A stretch of 64,000 nucleotides of DNA from Minutocellus sp. GHC0000111 (taxonomy: Eukaryota): the NCBI GenBank assembly GCA_977018835.1, contig OZ361261.1, positions 1,488,001 through 1,552,000 of the forward strand, given 5' to 3'. This document shows positions 35,487 through 47,537 of this stretch, one piece after another (position 1 is the stretch's first letter; the number at the start of each line of letters is the position of its first letter). The notes under the pieces were generated by a model, which did no database searches, was not told the origin of the DNA, and saw only the letters and a program-made list of their open reading frames with translations. A program made the position numbers and the translations under genes.

Positions 35487-37721
35487 ATGTCGGAGGACGC
35501 CAAGATGGAGGACGTTGCCCCTCCCGCCCCGCCGGCCGCCGAGGAAGCCACCAGCGGCGATGCCGCTGCTGCTGCTGCATCAGCTCCGGCCCCGGCCGCT
35601 GCTTCAACCACCGAGGGCGCAGACGCTACTGGGGAGTCCAAGTCCGACGCCGGCACTGCTACTGCCGATGCACCCGCCGAATCCAAGGAGGACGGTGGCG
35701 CTGGTGATGATGCCAAAGCCCCAGCAGAGGGTGGCGCTGGTGACGCTGCTGCCGCCGCCGCTGCTGCCGATGGCGGAACAGCAGCTACCGCCGAACATTC
35801 CGCCGAGAGCAAGTCGGACGCTGCCGCTGCCCCTGCCGACGGTGGCGCCACGGCCGGAGGCTCCGACGACAAGCCCGCCTCCTCCGCCGAGGACGCCACC
35901 GATGCCACCGCCAAGGCCCCGGCCCCCGCCACCTCCGTCCCCGTCGGCATGGTCACGGCCGCCGAGGCCGCCGCGCAGATGAACGAGAAGCGCAAGGCCC
36001 AGCAGGAGGCCGCCGCCGCGGCCGCCGCGGAGGCCAAGGCCGCCAAGAAGCGGGCGTCGAGCAAGTCCCCCACCGGCGGGGCCGGGGCGGAAGAGCCCAA
36101 GAAGAAGAAGGCCAAGAAGAAGAAGAAGGTGCGTCTCATACATCACTGTTGTTGTTTTGATGGGTTTGGTATTTGATGGAGATCATCTTGAATGTTTCGT
36201 CACGTGCTTTGTGCTTGTGCCGCGCTGGAGATGGAATGGCTTTCTGGCTTGCCCGATTCAGTAAACATTGCCCCCTTAAAAGCAATCACCAAACCATATT
36301 TCATTTCACACTCACCACTACCTCTCCCCTCTCATGTACATAATTCACCATTCATTCACAAAAAGCAGAAGGGAGAGGAGTTCGGCGTCTCGGGCCGACG
36401 CCTGCCCACGGCCGCCACCCGACCGGAGGCGCCCGCCGGTGCCGCCGCCGCGGGGTCGGGTAAGAAGCCCAAGAAGCCCAAGGCAGGGTCGTTGGCTGAC
36501 AGTGGCAGCGCCCCTTACTCCGCCGCCCAGGCGGCCGTCAACGAGATGATGCGCAAGGCCCTGGAGGAGGACCAGTACAGCGCCCTGGGCAGCATCGTCG
36601 ATACCGACTCCGATGACGACGACGTTGGGGCCGTTGCCAAGAGCACCATGATTGTCGACACCGCTACCATTCCCGCCCCAAATAGCGGCGGTGGCGCCGC
36701 CGCGGCTGTCGCTGCTGCGGCTGCCGCAGCCGACCCTACTTCCAGGAGTGCTCGTACGTCCCCCGTCCCCATGCCCTCCTCTTCCGCCGGCGGATCGGCC
36801 AGCACGGCCGTGCGTCTGGATCGGACCATGCTGCAGGCCGCCATGAAGAAGCGTCTGCGCATCGAGGAGCAGAATTCGGCGCCCCGTACCATTACCGACG
36901 ACATTTACCTGTCCGGCGATGAAGACGGGTACGGCACCGATGCCGACGATGGCATGTCGGGCGGTGGAAGTGCTCCCGGGAGTCGTCGTGGATCTCCGAC
37001 CCCCACGGATTCGTCGAGGCGCCGTGCTCGTAGGGGAAGCCGGCCTGGCACGGACTCCGAAGACGAGGGTGGCACCTCTGCGAAGAGTGGCACCGGCGAT
37101 GCCGATGCCGCTGGTGGTCTTGGTGGTGATGATGATGACCTAATGGACGAGTTTGAGGAGGCCAGTATCTTTGGAGCCACGGCCGGATGCTCGAATGCCA
37201 CCTGGGTCGAGTGCGACAAGTGCAAGAAGTGGCGGCGTCTTCGCGGCGTCGTGGATGCGAAGAAGCTCCCCTCCAAGTGGTACTGTCACATGAACAAGGG
37301 CGATCCGGAGCGGGCCAAGTGTTCCGCCCCCGAGGAGGAGTACGAAACTCCCGCCACGCCAGAGTCCATGCAGGACATGCGCACTCGGAAGCACCTCCGC
37401 CTTTGGGTCCGTCGTCTGCAATGCAACGAGGCTTACGAGTCTCGTCTCCCCACCATGACGACGCGGGGGAAGAAGCGCTCGACCACCACGTCGGCCAAGG
37501 AACCGTACGAGTGGGTCAGATGCTGCAACCCCAGCTGCGGCAAGTGGCGAGCCCTCCTCCGATTTATGGATGCCAGCACCGTCATGGAGCAGTGCAAGAA
37601 TGGAGAATGGTATTGTGTCCTCAATACGTGGGACGAGAAGGCCGCCTCGTGCGCCGCCCCGCAGGAGAATCTGCCTGCTATTGGCTGCCCTCCATGGGTC
37701 ATGCAGAATGATGATGTTTAA
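35487..37721 (+). CDS. Protein with two CW-type zinc fingers; intron 36129-36368
   Basis: WVECDKCKKWRRL...WYCHMN...CSAPEE and WVRCCNPSCGKWRAL...WYCVLN...CAAPQE. The Ala-rich exon 1 splices in phase 0. Confidence 0.85.
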
Positions 37722-38066
37722 ATTCATCATTCCAAGGAGAAAAGATGTGACTTGCAGCTGCATGCATGATCTGAGAGTCGGCAGAAGAGAGATATTTGTT
37801 TGTTATCACTTTGGGCATGACTAGTTTAAATTAAAGGATATACTGAGGACCTCATCTGATGATGTAAATGTATCAAAATGTAATCTCCATTGTAATTGTT
37901 ATTCTTATGAATATGTAAAATATTTTTGGGTGCTGCCATTTTGTGAGTAATTGTGTCGACATTATCGTCTCTTATTGTCGTCAAGTAAGAGTTTCAATTA
38001 CAAATGCGGTACATGCAGAACAAATAGACCAATCTATGCGTGTCTATATTTACGTAAGCGCCCTGT

Positions 38067-39119
38067 TTAGACAGCCTCAGTCTGTGTTGGAGTTGGCTGA
38101 TAAGCCGGTGATCCCCTTCCCTGCGAGCCAGTAGGCGGACTATTTCGAAGGGAGAGCAGCATGGCAGCATGCTCATCCCCATGCGTCGAAATTTCGGACG
38201 CATCGCGCTTGGAACTGCTGCGTCGAGGGGGCTGATCTCTCCCCTCCCGAGCAATCTCGGCAGCCTCAAGGATGGCGCTCATGGGCGACGAGGCGTGGCT
38301 GGACGATGAGTGCGTTGGAGAGGCGGGGGAGTTATAGCCCTCAGCCTTGGGCTTCTCTTCCTCTTGCGCCTTGCTCTCTTCGGCGATGGCAGTCTTGAGG
38401 TTGTTGCCCTTGTCAGGAGGGGCGACGACCTTGGAGGCATCGTGCCGAATCCCCTTATCAGTATCGACGAGGCCAAGGTCGTAGGCACTCTGGATCCAGT
38501 ACTGCTGGGGAGAACCCATACCCCTGGGCCTGGTCGTCTTGAGGGCTCGGTACGTGAGCTTCATCTTGGTGGGGATGGACTCACAGGCCTCGAAGTGGAA
38601 GCGCTGCATATCGGCGACGGTCTGGTAGATCCGGCTGACGGAGCTGGGGTAGCAGACGGCGCGCTCGGCTCGTTCCTTGGGGTCGAGGTGCTGGCAGAAG
38701 ACGCATCGGATGCCCACCTGGCCGACTCGGAGCTTCTGCGCACCCTTGGTGTGGCGCATGCTCACCTCTCTGTCGGTGGCGGTGAAGACCTGGACAAAGT
38801 ACTGTCGGACGTAGCACTGACGATCGGAGAGGGAGGCCGTGTCGGCGTCGCGGTAGAGGCGGAAGACGACACGTCCTTCGTCTTCGGGCTCTCCCATCTG
38901 ACCAGCACCAACACCCTCGTCGTCGCTCTGGTCGTACGACGATGAGACCTGGCTCCTCTGTGGCGTCCGAGTTGCCATGGTTGCCAATGCATTCGTCGCC
39001 TCGGTAACGGGAGTCGACGACACCATAGGATTCGGGTGGGGATAGCCGAGGTTGAGAGGGGGCGGCGTAGCGAACTCTTCTTGAACAGGGTGAGGCATAC
39101 GGGAGCAGTGCAGCTTCAT
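38067..39119 (-). CDS. Putative DNA-binding protein with a Cys/His domain of a kind common in diatoms
   Basis: LSDRQCYVRQ...VGIRCVFC...YPSSVSRIYQTVADMQRFHFEAC...YWIQSAYDLGLVD, flanked by disordered Ser/Pro-rich arms. Confidence 0.7.
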   Translation of the reverse strand: MKLHCSRMPHPVQEEFATPPPLNLGYPHPNPMVSSTPVTEATNALATMATRTPQRSQVSSSYDQSDDEGVGAGQMGEPEDEGRVVFRLYRDADTASLSDRQCYVRQYFVQVFTATDREVSMRHTKGAQKLRVGQVGIRCVFCQHLDPKERAERAVCYPSSVSRIYQTVADMQRFHFEACESIPTKMKLTYRALKTTRPRGMGSPQQYWIQSAYDLGLVDTDKGIRHDASKVVAPPDKGNNLKTAIAEESKAQEEEKPKAEGYNSPASPTHSSSSHASSPMSAILEAAEIAREGRDQPPRRSSSKRDASEISTHGDEHAAMLLSLRNSPPTGSQGRGSPAYQPTPTQTEAV

Positions 39120-39700
39120 CAAAGTTGATCTTCTTGACTGGAATATGCCGTCAACAACCGCAACTCCTTCGTGAACAACACAGAGAGACAGACGGACGAT
39201 GATATGATACGGTTGCTACAAGATGAAAATGTGGAGAGGTGGCACATCGCCCTACATTTCGACGAATTTGGCGTGGATTGGAGCTGCAAATGAAATTTTG
39301 AGTGAGAGGACGATCTAAATCGGTCTAAACCGGGTTACTTTGATGTTAGAGGTTTTGCTTTTAAGATAAAATCAGAATCTGTGAAATAAATCCAAATGCT
39401 AATGACTATCTTCTGTTTGTTCAAAGTACATGGAAAAAGTCCTATTATGATAACATGGGAAACCCTATCCTCGAGACACGGAAAATGTAGGCCTACGAGT
39501 TCGTAAGAAGCAAAAGGAGCGCGGTACCGCCCCCGCGCAAAGCGCACATCGTGGCTCTGGAACAAATGGCGTAGGAACTCCATGCTCACAAGTATGCCGA
39601 ACCTCATCTCTCCGGTTGCCTAGCCTACCGGCCGTAAGCCCAGACGAGGCTAGCTAACACTAAGCCGTTACAATCCAAGTCAGGGCGCGTTCAATTAATT

Positions 39701-40919
39701 ATGACCTCTCCTTCTGCCATCATCCTGCTCATGGCGGCAAGTGTTCTGCCGTTTTGCTGTACACGACATTGCAGCCAAGCAAGTCAATGGTCATAAAAGA
39801 AATGATGGTGACGACCGAAATCTTCAGATCCAAAATCCCTGCGCTTATGTCAAGCTCGGTGAGCTAGAATCCACATATCGATCAGCCACCGGGGTTGAAT
39901 TCGATTGCTCTTGCCAGGCACTTGGATTCAGCAGTTCTGGCCAAACAGTATGCGAATCGAGGGAACCGTTCTGCTGCTCCTCTTCTTCGAACTTCGACGA
40001 AAATGCTGCTGATATGGAGTGCCAAACCGCAAAGGAGACTGCAACCTTCAGCGTCGTTCCCTTTTCTGGTTACTGGGTTCCTCGTCCTGTAACCACAACT
40101 GTTTGTATGAGATTCACCAGCGATGACGACAGAAACAATTCGGAGGTCTGTAAAACGAATCAGTTCACGAGGGATGAGGTATTTGATGGCAGCTTCACCT
40201 GCGAGGCAAAATTCGATGGAAGCCTATGTGGTGATTGCACCCAGTGTGATGGCAGTGATGGCGGTGCATATGACTGCTCTAACGTGGCGAGATCATCGAA
40301 CTTTCAGGTGGGCTGCGAAGATCGAAGTGATTCGCAGCGCACATGCCAGGCGCAATCTGGAGCAAAGATTGTTGCGACCGAGCCACCGACATCACCACCA
40401 TCGAAATCACCAACGTCGTCAGCACCGACAATAGGACCAACTTCTGTTCCTGTCCAAAAAGATATTCCAACGACATCGACATCTGCAAAAGAAAATTCAC
40501 CAGCATCCAATCCAACACAATCTACTCAAATAGATGGAAATGCCGAAGAAGAAAATACCAATGATGATACAGAATCTGAATTACTCAAAAAGATAAAGGG
40601 GCCCCAGTCGTTACTCTGCACCAATGGATCTTGCATCCTATCCGATGAAGATGTCGCACAGCAGTGCAATTTTTATGCACTCTCAAAGCACGGTGATGTT
40701 AATTTCAACAGCAACGGAAAGGCTGTAGTGGAAAGCATCAATACATCTGAAGGACCCATTGATATCGGAGAAGGATGCGTAATGAAATGCAAGGGATGCT
40801 ATTTTGTGCTCTCACCCGATGACATTTCTTCGACAGCATCTACTGGCGTCAACACGAAGTTATGGAGTATTATTGCCGGTAGCATGGTTGCATCACTGGT
40901 CATAGTTGACCTATTTTAG
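39701..40919 (+). CDS. Secreted Cys-rich cell-surface protein with a Pro/Thr/Ser linker and hydrophobic C-terminal tail; one apparent frameshift near 39752-39755
   Basis: ATG 39701 encodes signal-like MTSPSAIILLMAASVLP, one base out of frame with the Cys-rich ORF. Also RNLQ, TEPPTSPPSKSPTSSAPT and C-terminal LWSIIAGSMVASLVIVDLF. Confidence 0.7.
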
Positions 40920-41073
40920 ATTGCTAGAAGTCGACGTATGTACATATGTAATGTTAGATGATTAGATATCAATTCAATTTCAGATCAATAAATAAATCGC
41001 CATCGCAATTGGCGCCAACTGTACAATGCGACCCGACTGCTCTAGCTACGTAGCTACTGTAGCCTGACCAATT

Positions 41074-41766
41074 TCAATTACCGAGATTGATGAGAGCCGG
41101 CATGTTGGCAACTCTTGACGTGAAATTTTCCCGATCATCCGCTCTCTTGCTGCAACTGATATCAAATTCGAACATGACGGGTGGTACATGATCGATATCG
41201 CCACCCGTAATCTCAAATTCCTTGAGCAGAGCCGACTTTAGCAGTCGCTCGGCTGTATCTTGCATCCGCTGTCGCTCAATGACTGACGCCGAATCCTCCC
41301 CGACCGGTCTTGGCGTATTATTAACAACCACCCGGATGATCCACTGCTCCCATACCACCCGCTCTTCGTGATTCATCAGGCCAAAGAGCTGCTTGCTTTC
41401 CCTCCGCTCGAAGAAGCTCAGTGTCAAACATCCGCTGAGCAATTCGGGACCTATTTGAGTCAGCGAGCGCAGGAAATTCTCGATGGCGTCATCAACCCTT
41501 CGGTCGAGATCGCTCTCGAGGGTTATTTGTTGCTGGGCACCACCACCGCCACCAGCACCCGCCGCCTGCTGACTCCACGACCGTTGCCCGTCGGGCGTTT
41601 CTATTCGGGTGTACGTCAGATCAAAACCCTCGCAGTGAACGTCCCTGGGTGCGACAGGTCCCGGGGAACGAATGAAGAGAATTGTGTGCAGAACTGCCTG
41701 CAGCGCCTCTCGCACTTGTCCCGTGGCGAGCTCCAGCTCGGGGAGGTGATGCTCCTTGCAGTTCAT
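41074..41766 (-). CDS. ATG101: Autophagy-related protein 101
   Basis: MNCKEHHL...VREALQAVLHTILFIRS...FDLTYTRI...LSFFERR...VWEQWII: the ATG101 HORMA pattern. Confidence 0.88.
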   Translation of the reverse strand: MNCKEHHLPELELATGQVREALQAVLHTILFIRSPGPVAPRDVHCEGFDLTYTRIETPDGQRSWSQQAAGAGGGGGAQQQITLESDLDRRVDDAIENFLRSLTQIGPELLSGCLTLSFFERRESKQLFGLMNHEERVVWEQWIIRVVVNNTPRPVGEDSASVIERQRMQDTAERLLKSALLKEFEITGGDIDHVPPVMFEFDISCSKRADDRENFTSRVANMPALINLGN

Positions 41767-42027
41767 CTTGGCTCGGGAGAATAAAGCTGCAAAGCGCAAG
41801 TAAAGTAAAAAAAAAGTTCTGCTTTCACTGACTCACTCCCCAGCATTCTGAAGCCCGGCCGGTACCCCTGACGCCCTGACGCCTGATGCCAATAAAAGGG
41901 CAAAGGGGCGCAAGCTAGCTAGCAACCACAAACGACCCGCCCGGGATGCCGACACCGAGCCGCTGGTTATTCCCTTCCCCTCCTTATCCTTCGATATCTT
42001 TCGATTTGTTTTCCAACACGAGTGATA

Positions 42028-43236
42028 ATGTCCGATTCAGCGCCCGCGGCCCCAGCGACGGCAGCCACCCCCGCCACCCCTGCTTCACCCACCAAAAGGA
42101 GCAGAGATGATGAGGAAGAGCAGCTGCGGAGGCAATTGAAGGGTCACCTGCACCGAGTGACCAAACGTGAGCCTCTGGATGCGACGTATAAGTTCTTGAT
42201 TTCATCCGGTGCGGCGCGGCCCCCATTCCTTCCCAAGGATCGGCTTTACAAGCGCCTCGGTGCCGAACTGCGATACACGACGGAGAAGCTCATGCTGCAA
42301 CCCGGCGGGAACGACCCGAACTTACCCGGGAAGAAGATTGGAGACGACCGAGAACCGCTCGACGAGGAGGCCATGCGATCGGCCCTCACTCTGCGTGCCG
42401 CCAAAAAGCACGAGCAGGAAGCATATGCCCGCGCGGCCCTGCTGGCTCCGCCTCGTGGCGTCCGTCTGCCTCCGGGGTGGGACGTAACGACGCATCGCAA
42501 TCGGTTGGAGGGAATGGCGCTGGGATTGCAGGAGAAGGAGATTAAGGAGAAGAACAAGGCGGAAAGAGCTCGATTGGCACAGATTGCCAAGGCCAAGATG
42601 GAGGCTGCCGAGAGGGAGGGTCGGACCACTGCCGCCGCCGGGGGAGCGGATGCCGAGGCGGCCATGCAGGCCAAGGCACTGGCCAAGGCGGAGGAAGAGC
42701 TTGCGCTCAAGAAACAGAGAGATAGAGAGAACGAGGAACGACTTCGACGCATCGAGAGGGAGCGTCAGCGGACCGAAGAGCGACGGCTCAGGGAGGAGGC
42801 AGAGCGGCGAGAGGCCGAGGAAGCAAAGGCCGAACTTGATAGGCGGCAGCGAATGGCGGAAACACCCAAGGAAGCTCTTTTCCGCTTATACAACCCCGTC
42901 TTTCAGATTCTATGGGACATGGAATTCCCTGCACTTGGCAACTCCAATCCCTTTCGCATTGTCATCGACAAAGATACTTGCGTTCAAATGGGGGTTCCTG
43001 ACTATTGCAAAATTATTACAAAGCCAATGAATTTGACCTACGTACAGGAGAAGGTGGAGAATCGATCCTACTCGACTCTACAGGAGTTCTTTTCCGACAT
43101 CGAACTCATCATAAACAATTGTATCACGTACAATTCTGATCCTCGCAATCCATATCACATAGCAGCCCTCGAATTCCGAAAGAGATATCGGAAAGCTGCC
43201 AAGCGAGTAGTGCAGAGTGTACAGCAGAAGAAATGA
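42028..43236 (+). CDS. Bromodomain-containing protein
   Basis: A coiled coil followed by C-terminal NPF...VPDYCKIITKPMNLTYV...FFSDIELIINNCITYN, with the acetyl-lysine Asn conserved. Confidence 0.85.
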   Translation: MSDSAPAAPATAATPATPASPTKRSRDDEEEQLRRQLKGHLHRVTKREPLDATYKFLISSGAARPPFLPKDRLYKRLGAELRYTTEKLMLQPGGNDPNLPGKKIGDDREPLDEEAMRSALTLRAAKKHEQEAYARAALLAPPRGVRLPPGWDVTTHRNRLEGMALGLQEKEIKEKNKAERARLAQIAKAKMEAAEREGRTTAAAGGADAEAAMQAKALAKAEEELALKKQRDRENEERLRRIERERQRTEERRLREEAERREAEEAKAELDRRQRMAETPKEALFRLYNPVFQILWDMEFPALGNSNPFRIVIDKDTCVQMGVPDYCKIITKPMNLTYVQEKVENRSYSTLQEFFSDIELIINNCITYNSDPRNPYHIAALEFRKRYRKAAKRVVQSVQQKK

Positions 43237-43331
43237 ATGAAGAAATAACAAAGTCTAGTAGGTATCTGCAGCAACGTGATATTACCTCTTGCATGAGAAA
43301 CATAATAATTACATGTTAAATAATTTTAGGC

Positions 43332-45880
43332 TTACTCGTCGTCAGAGTCCCAATCAATACCCTCTTGAACCTCGTCGTCTTCCTCAAGGGCATCGACATT
43401 CTCAAGATCCTTCTGGTTGACCTCAACCTTCTCCTTCTTTTGCTTCTTCTTTTTCGCCTTCTTCGACTTGGGCTCATCGTCATCTCTCTCATCCTTCTGC
43501 TTAGTAGCCTCGGACCGAGCTCTCTTCTTGGCAGCATCGGACAAAGCTGGTTGAGATGCCTGCTCCAATCGCTTCTCCTTGGCGATCGACGCCTCATAGC
43601 GTTCCCTCATCGACGGCACATTGCTTGGCTTGAGAGCCTCGAGTCTCTTGATGTCCTTCGGAGCCTCATTCAGCTTGGAACGAGCCTTGGTGGCTTCAGC
43701 GGAATACTTCTCACAAAGCTCGATGCAACCCCTTGAATAGGCCCGGTACTTTCCGTTCTTGGTCTCCTTGGAATATTTGCGCAATCGCTGGCAGATGCGA
43801 ACAGTAAACTCGGGAAAGCCAGGAGAATACCGGTAAAGATCGACCTCGCGATTGAGAAGAACAAATATTTCACTAAGACAGGCATCGAGCTGCTCGGTCG
43901 TCCGGAGAGCACCCTCCTTTGGAAGCTTGAGGATGAGAGGAAGCCGAATGCCTCGGATATCCTTACCCCTCGAGTCAACCCTCTTGGGCTTCATATAAAG
44001 CTCCTTCAAATCCAGTGCTTCGAGTAGCACCGAAGTTGTGGGGATGTACTGCTCAGAGGATGCCGCAATCTGTTGGAGGAATCGAACACAATGCAAACGA
44101 AGGGGAAGATGGCGAGTTGTTGGCACCAATCGAATCACACCAAAGATGACCTCTGTTAGGGGGAAGATGAGCGATCGCATCAGCTGAGCCTCGTCATCGG
44201 ACTGGCCAGCCGCCGAGCAAAGCACCGCCGTCCACAGCTTCAGGCAGTGAATGTATTGCCAGCAGTAAACAACACGGAAGGCCTCGGGCGTTTCTTCTGA
44301 ATTGCCGATCGAAGATGAAGCGCTAGCTGACGAATATACACGAAGGCGTGTTGATATGACGACGCATAGTCCAGACTGTAAAGCTCAACGATACAATTGC
44401 CCATGAAAGTGATGGTCGGGAGGAGAGAAGTGACCGAAGCGGCAGTCGCAAATTTGGCTCGCTTGGCGTAGGCCAGATAGGTTGATTTCAGACATTGCTC
44501 AATAAAGGGAAAGGGCTGAGTAAGAGCCATCTGGCGTATGCGAATGAAGGCATTCAAACGAACAACCTGGTAGTCCTCTGAGGTATCCAGCGAGGCCGAC
44601 CAGAGATTGGTGAGCGTTTTGAGACAGCCCTTGGCCACGCGCGGATACGCCGTCATGAAGGGAATGTAGTACGCGAGATTCTTGAGAACAAAGGTCAACA
44701 ATTCCGGCTCCTTCGCCTCGGACAATAGATGGAGCGTCGACTTGAGGAACGATTGGAGGATCGTCCCAACCTGTGTCCAGCGCTTGGATTTGGCGAGCAG
44801 CTTGGGATTTACAGGCTTGTTGATTAGGTCTTCTCCTGCGTCGTTGTCATCGGAATCGCCATCGTCATCATCCCTCTTCTTGTTGTTGGCAGCACTGTCC
44901 TTGGACTCTACACCAGATCCAGGGCCGAGCAAATGGTATCGAAATTCCTCGTGGCAGTGACGCAGAGCCGACGCCATGAGGCGATCAAAGACAGCCGAGT
45001 CTTCAATATGATATGCCTTTCGGCCCTTGTCCTGATGACCCTCGTCCTCGGCGTTGGCATCTGACATGTGACACGCAGTCTTGTAGGCCGAAACAATGCG
45101 CTTCAAGCCCTTGATGCCATACGACCGAAAGGCGCTCTGCTCGTACTGCAGAAGAAGCTTGGGAGTTAGAACGATATAAGGGCTGTCTTCTTCGACAGGC
45201 GCAACCTCCTTCTTTTCTTCTTTTTTGGTCTTCTTCTTTTGGGGCGATTCCTCCTCCTCCTCCTCGGAAGATTCCTCCTCGTCTTCGTCGTCGTCATCTC
45301 CACCACGGCCGTATTCGTAGTCATCCTCGTCACCAAATTCCAAAAGAGCCTGCTCATTGTCCTGCAGATACTTGTGAAATTCTGGATCATTCTCGGACAG
45401 CTTCATCATCTCCTCCTTCATTCGGCGCTCGGCCTCCTCATCGTCGAGAGAAGAGTCGTCGTCGGAATCATCACCGGCATCATCATCATCATCCGAGGCA
45501 GAATCGTCACTCTGATCACCACCTTCGACGCTGCTGTTTTCGGAATCACCACTGTCCTCCTCGTCATCGCTCCCGTCAACTCCCCCCTCGGCCACGCTCT
45601 TGAAGAAGGTGTCGATGTCCATATCGGCCAGGTTGGCCTCGCCGGCCATGTCCTCCTCGTCGCGCTTCCTCCGGCGAGCGTCCTGCTGCCTCTTGGCGGC
45701 CTCGGCCTCCCTCCTCTTCTTGGCGGCGAGGGCCTCCGGATCGGCGTCTCCGCCGCGACGCTTGCCGCCCGCCCCGCCACGGATCTTGCCCTTCTTGGTG
45801 AAGGTCTGGTTCTTGTCGAGCATCGCCTTGACGCCGCCCTTGGCGACGAACTTGCGCGAACGCTTGGTTGTTTTGACCAT
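43332..45880 (-). CDS. NOC2: Nucleolar complex protein 2 (NOC2/NOC2L); apparent 1-nt frameshift at 44291-44293
   Basis: LSENDPEFHKYLQDNEQALLEF, YQHAFVYIRQLALHLRSA, VYCWQYIHCLKLW (restored by adding one A), LRLHCVRFL and FPEF. Confidence 0.9.
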
Positions 45881-46317
45881 GGTGTATAGGAATGGTATGG
45901 CCTGAAATGAGGCGCACGAAGGCGAACGCAATGGCTGCTGGTTGCCGTCCTAAATGACTGAGCTACTACGTACAACAAGATCGTCGTCCGAAAAAATGGC
46001 GCCACAGTAACCTGCCGCAAACTGGACTTGAGAGCTTTCGTTGCCCGACGACGGAAAGGGCACTGACAACATGTACTCCCCAAATAGGTATTCTCTGTCC
46101 GTCGCTCGTCCCGTCAGATACAGGTCTTGTTACCCGCCTTATTTTGGTGATGGTTGGGTCGGGTGGGACATACCAAAAAGTGCGGATAAATTTTTGGGTA
46201 AAAAGACCTGGTCAGAAATTTGAGGCCGGTGTCACCGCCTCTTCAGCTGACGTTCGGCCGACCCTTCATCTTCATCGCCACAATTGCTACCGCTCTACCA
46301 ACAAACTCTTAGGAACC

Positions 46318-47537
46318 ATGCCCACCAAGTACGGAGACATCGCCAAGGCCCCCAAGGGTACGTCGCTTGATATGCCAGCGGTCTGGCTGTGCCGCGATGG
46401 GTTTCCCCTTCCGCCAAAATATTTTTACCGCCGACCTGAAAGTTTGTGTGGTTGAAAATGAGCGATGCCAATGCTGCTTGGAGGGATGACAGCTTCAACG
46501 AACAAATGACGATTGAGAAGAAGGAAAGGCGCTGCAAAGCCGGCCAGGTGATCGCGGACAATGTTGTATTGGAGCACCATCGCTGGGACCAGTGTCCAGT
46601 ATCTTTGGAGGAGACCGAGAAGCATGCATGTGTTGCAGTACCGCAGCAGCACAAATGCAATTGCAGGATTGACGCCGCGCCCACCAGCATTTGTTCTGAC
46701 AATTGATTCTCACAATGCATGCATGCATAACACCTCACCCCAATATACCATTTCCATAATCACAACTCAAACACAACAGACATCCTGTCCGAGGACTACA
46801 CCGACAAGGTCACCCTCAAGGCTAAGAAGAATGCCGGCCCCGTCGCCGTTACCCTCGAGACCGCCCGTGGCTCCGGCGGTGCTCTCTCCTCCAAGGTTGG
46901 CACCAAGTTCGCCTACGCCGGACTCTCCTTCGACAAGGTCCAGCTGACCGCCGACGGCGGACAGGTCCTCGAGACCAGCCTCGTCCCCTGCGAGGGCGTC
47001 AAGCTCTCCTTCAAGGGCAACAAGGGAGCCGACCTCGGTATCGACTACACCAAGGGTAACCTCTACGCCACCGGCGTCCTCGACGTCAAGGACATGTCCA
47101 AGGTCTCCACCTCAGCCTGCCTCGGCCTCGCCTCCGGCTTCACCGTCGGCGGTGACGCCACCTACGCCCTCTCCGGCAAGACCGGCTTCTCGGCCTACAA
47201 CGTCGGCGCCTCGTACAGCCAGGGCAAGCTCTTCGCCTCCGTCACCTCGGCCTCCAAGCTGTCCAGCGTCAACGTCGGCTGCGTCTACAAGGTCAACGCC
47301 GACCTCTCCCTCGCCTCCTCCACCTCCCACTCCTCCGAGAAGGCCTGCACCGTCAACGCCATCGGTGCCGCCTACAAGGCCCCCATCGGCGACGTCAAGG
47401 CCAAGATCGGCTCCGACGGAATCCTCTCCGCCTGCCTCATCAAGGAGGTCGCCCCCAAGGTCACCGTCACCGCCTCCGGTGCCGTCTCCACCTCCGACCT
47501 TTCCAGCTTCAAGTACGGCCTCGGCATTGTCATCTAA
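46318..47537 (+). CDS. VDAC: Mitochondrial porin / voltage-dependent anion channel; intron 46358-46779
   Basis: N-terminal helix MPTKYGDIAKAPK|DILSEDY, beta-strand pattern, C-terminal FKYGLGIVI, and very strong codon bias. Confidence 0.88.

Noticed and set aside
46358..46779. Unusually long VDAC intron as a snoRNA host
   Set aside because: Only a degenerate C box (ATGACGA) about 190 nt from a CTGA; no guide or stem I can support.
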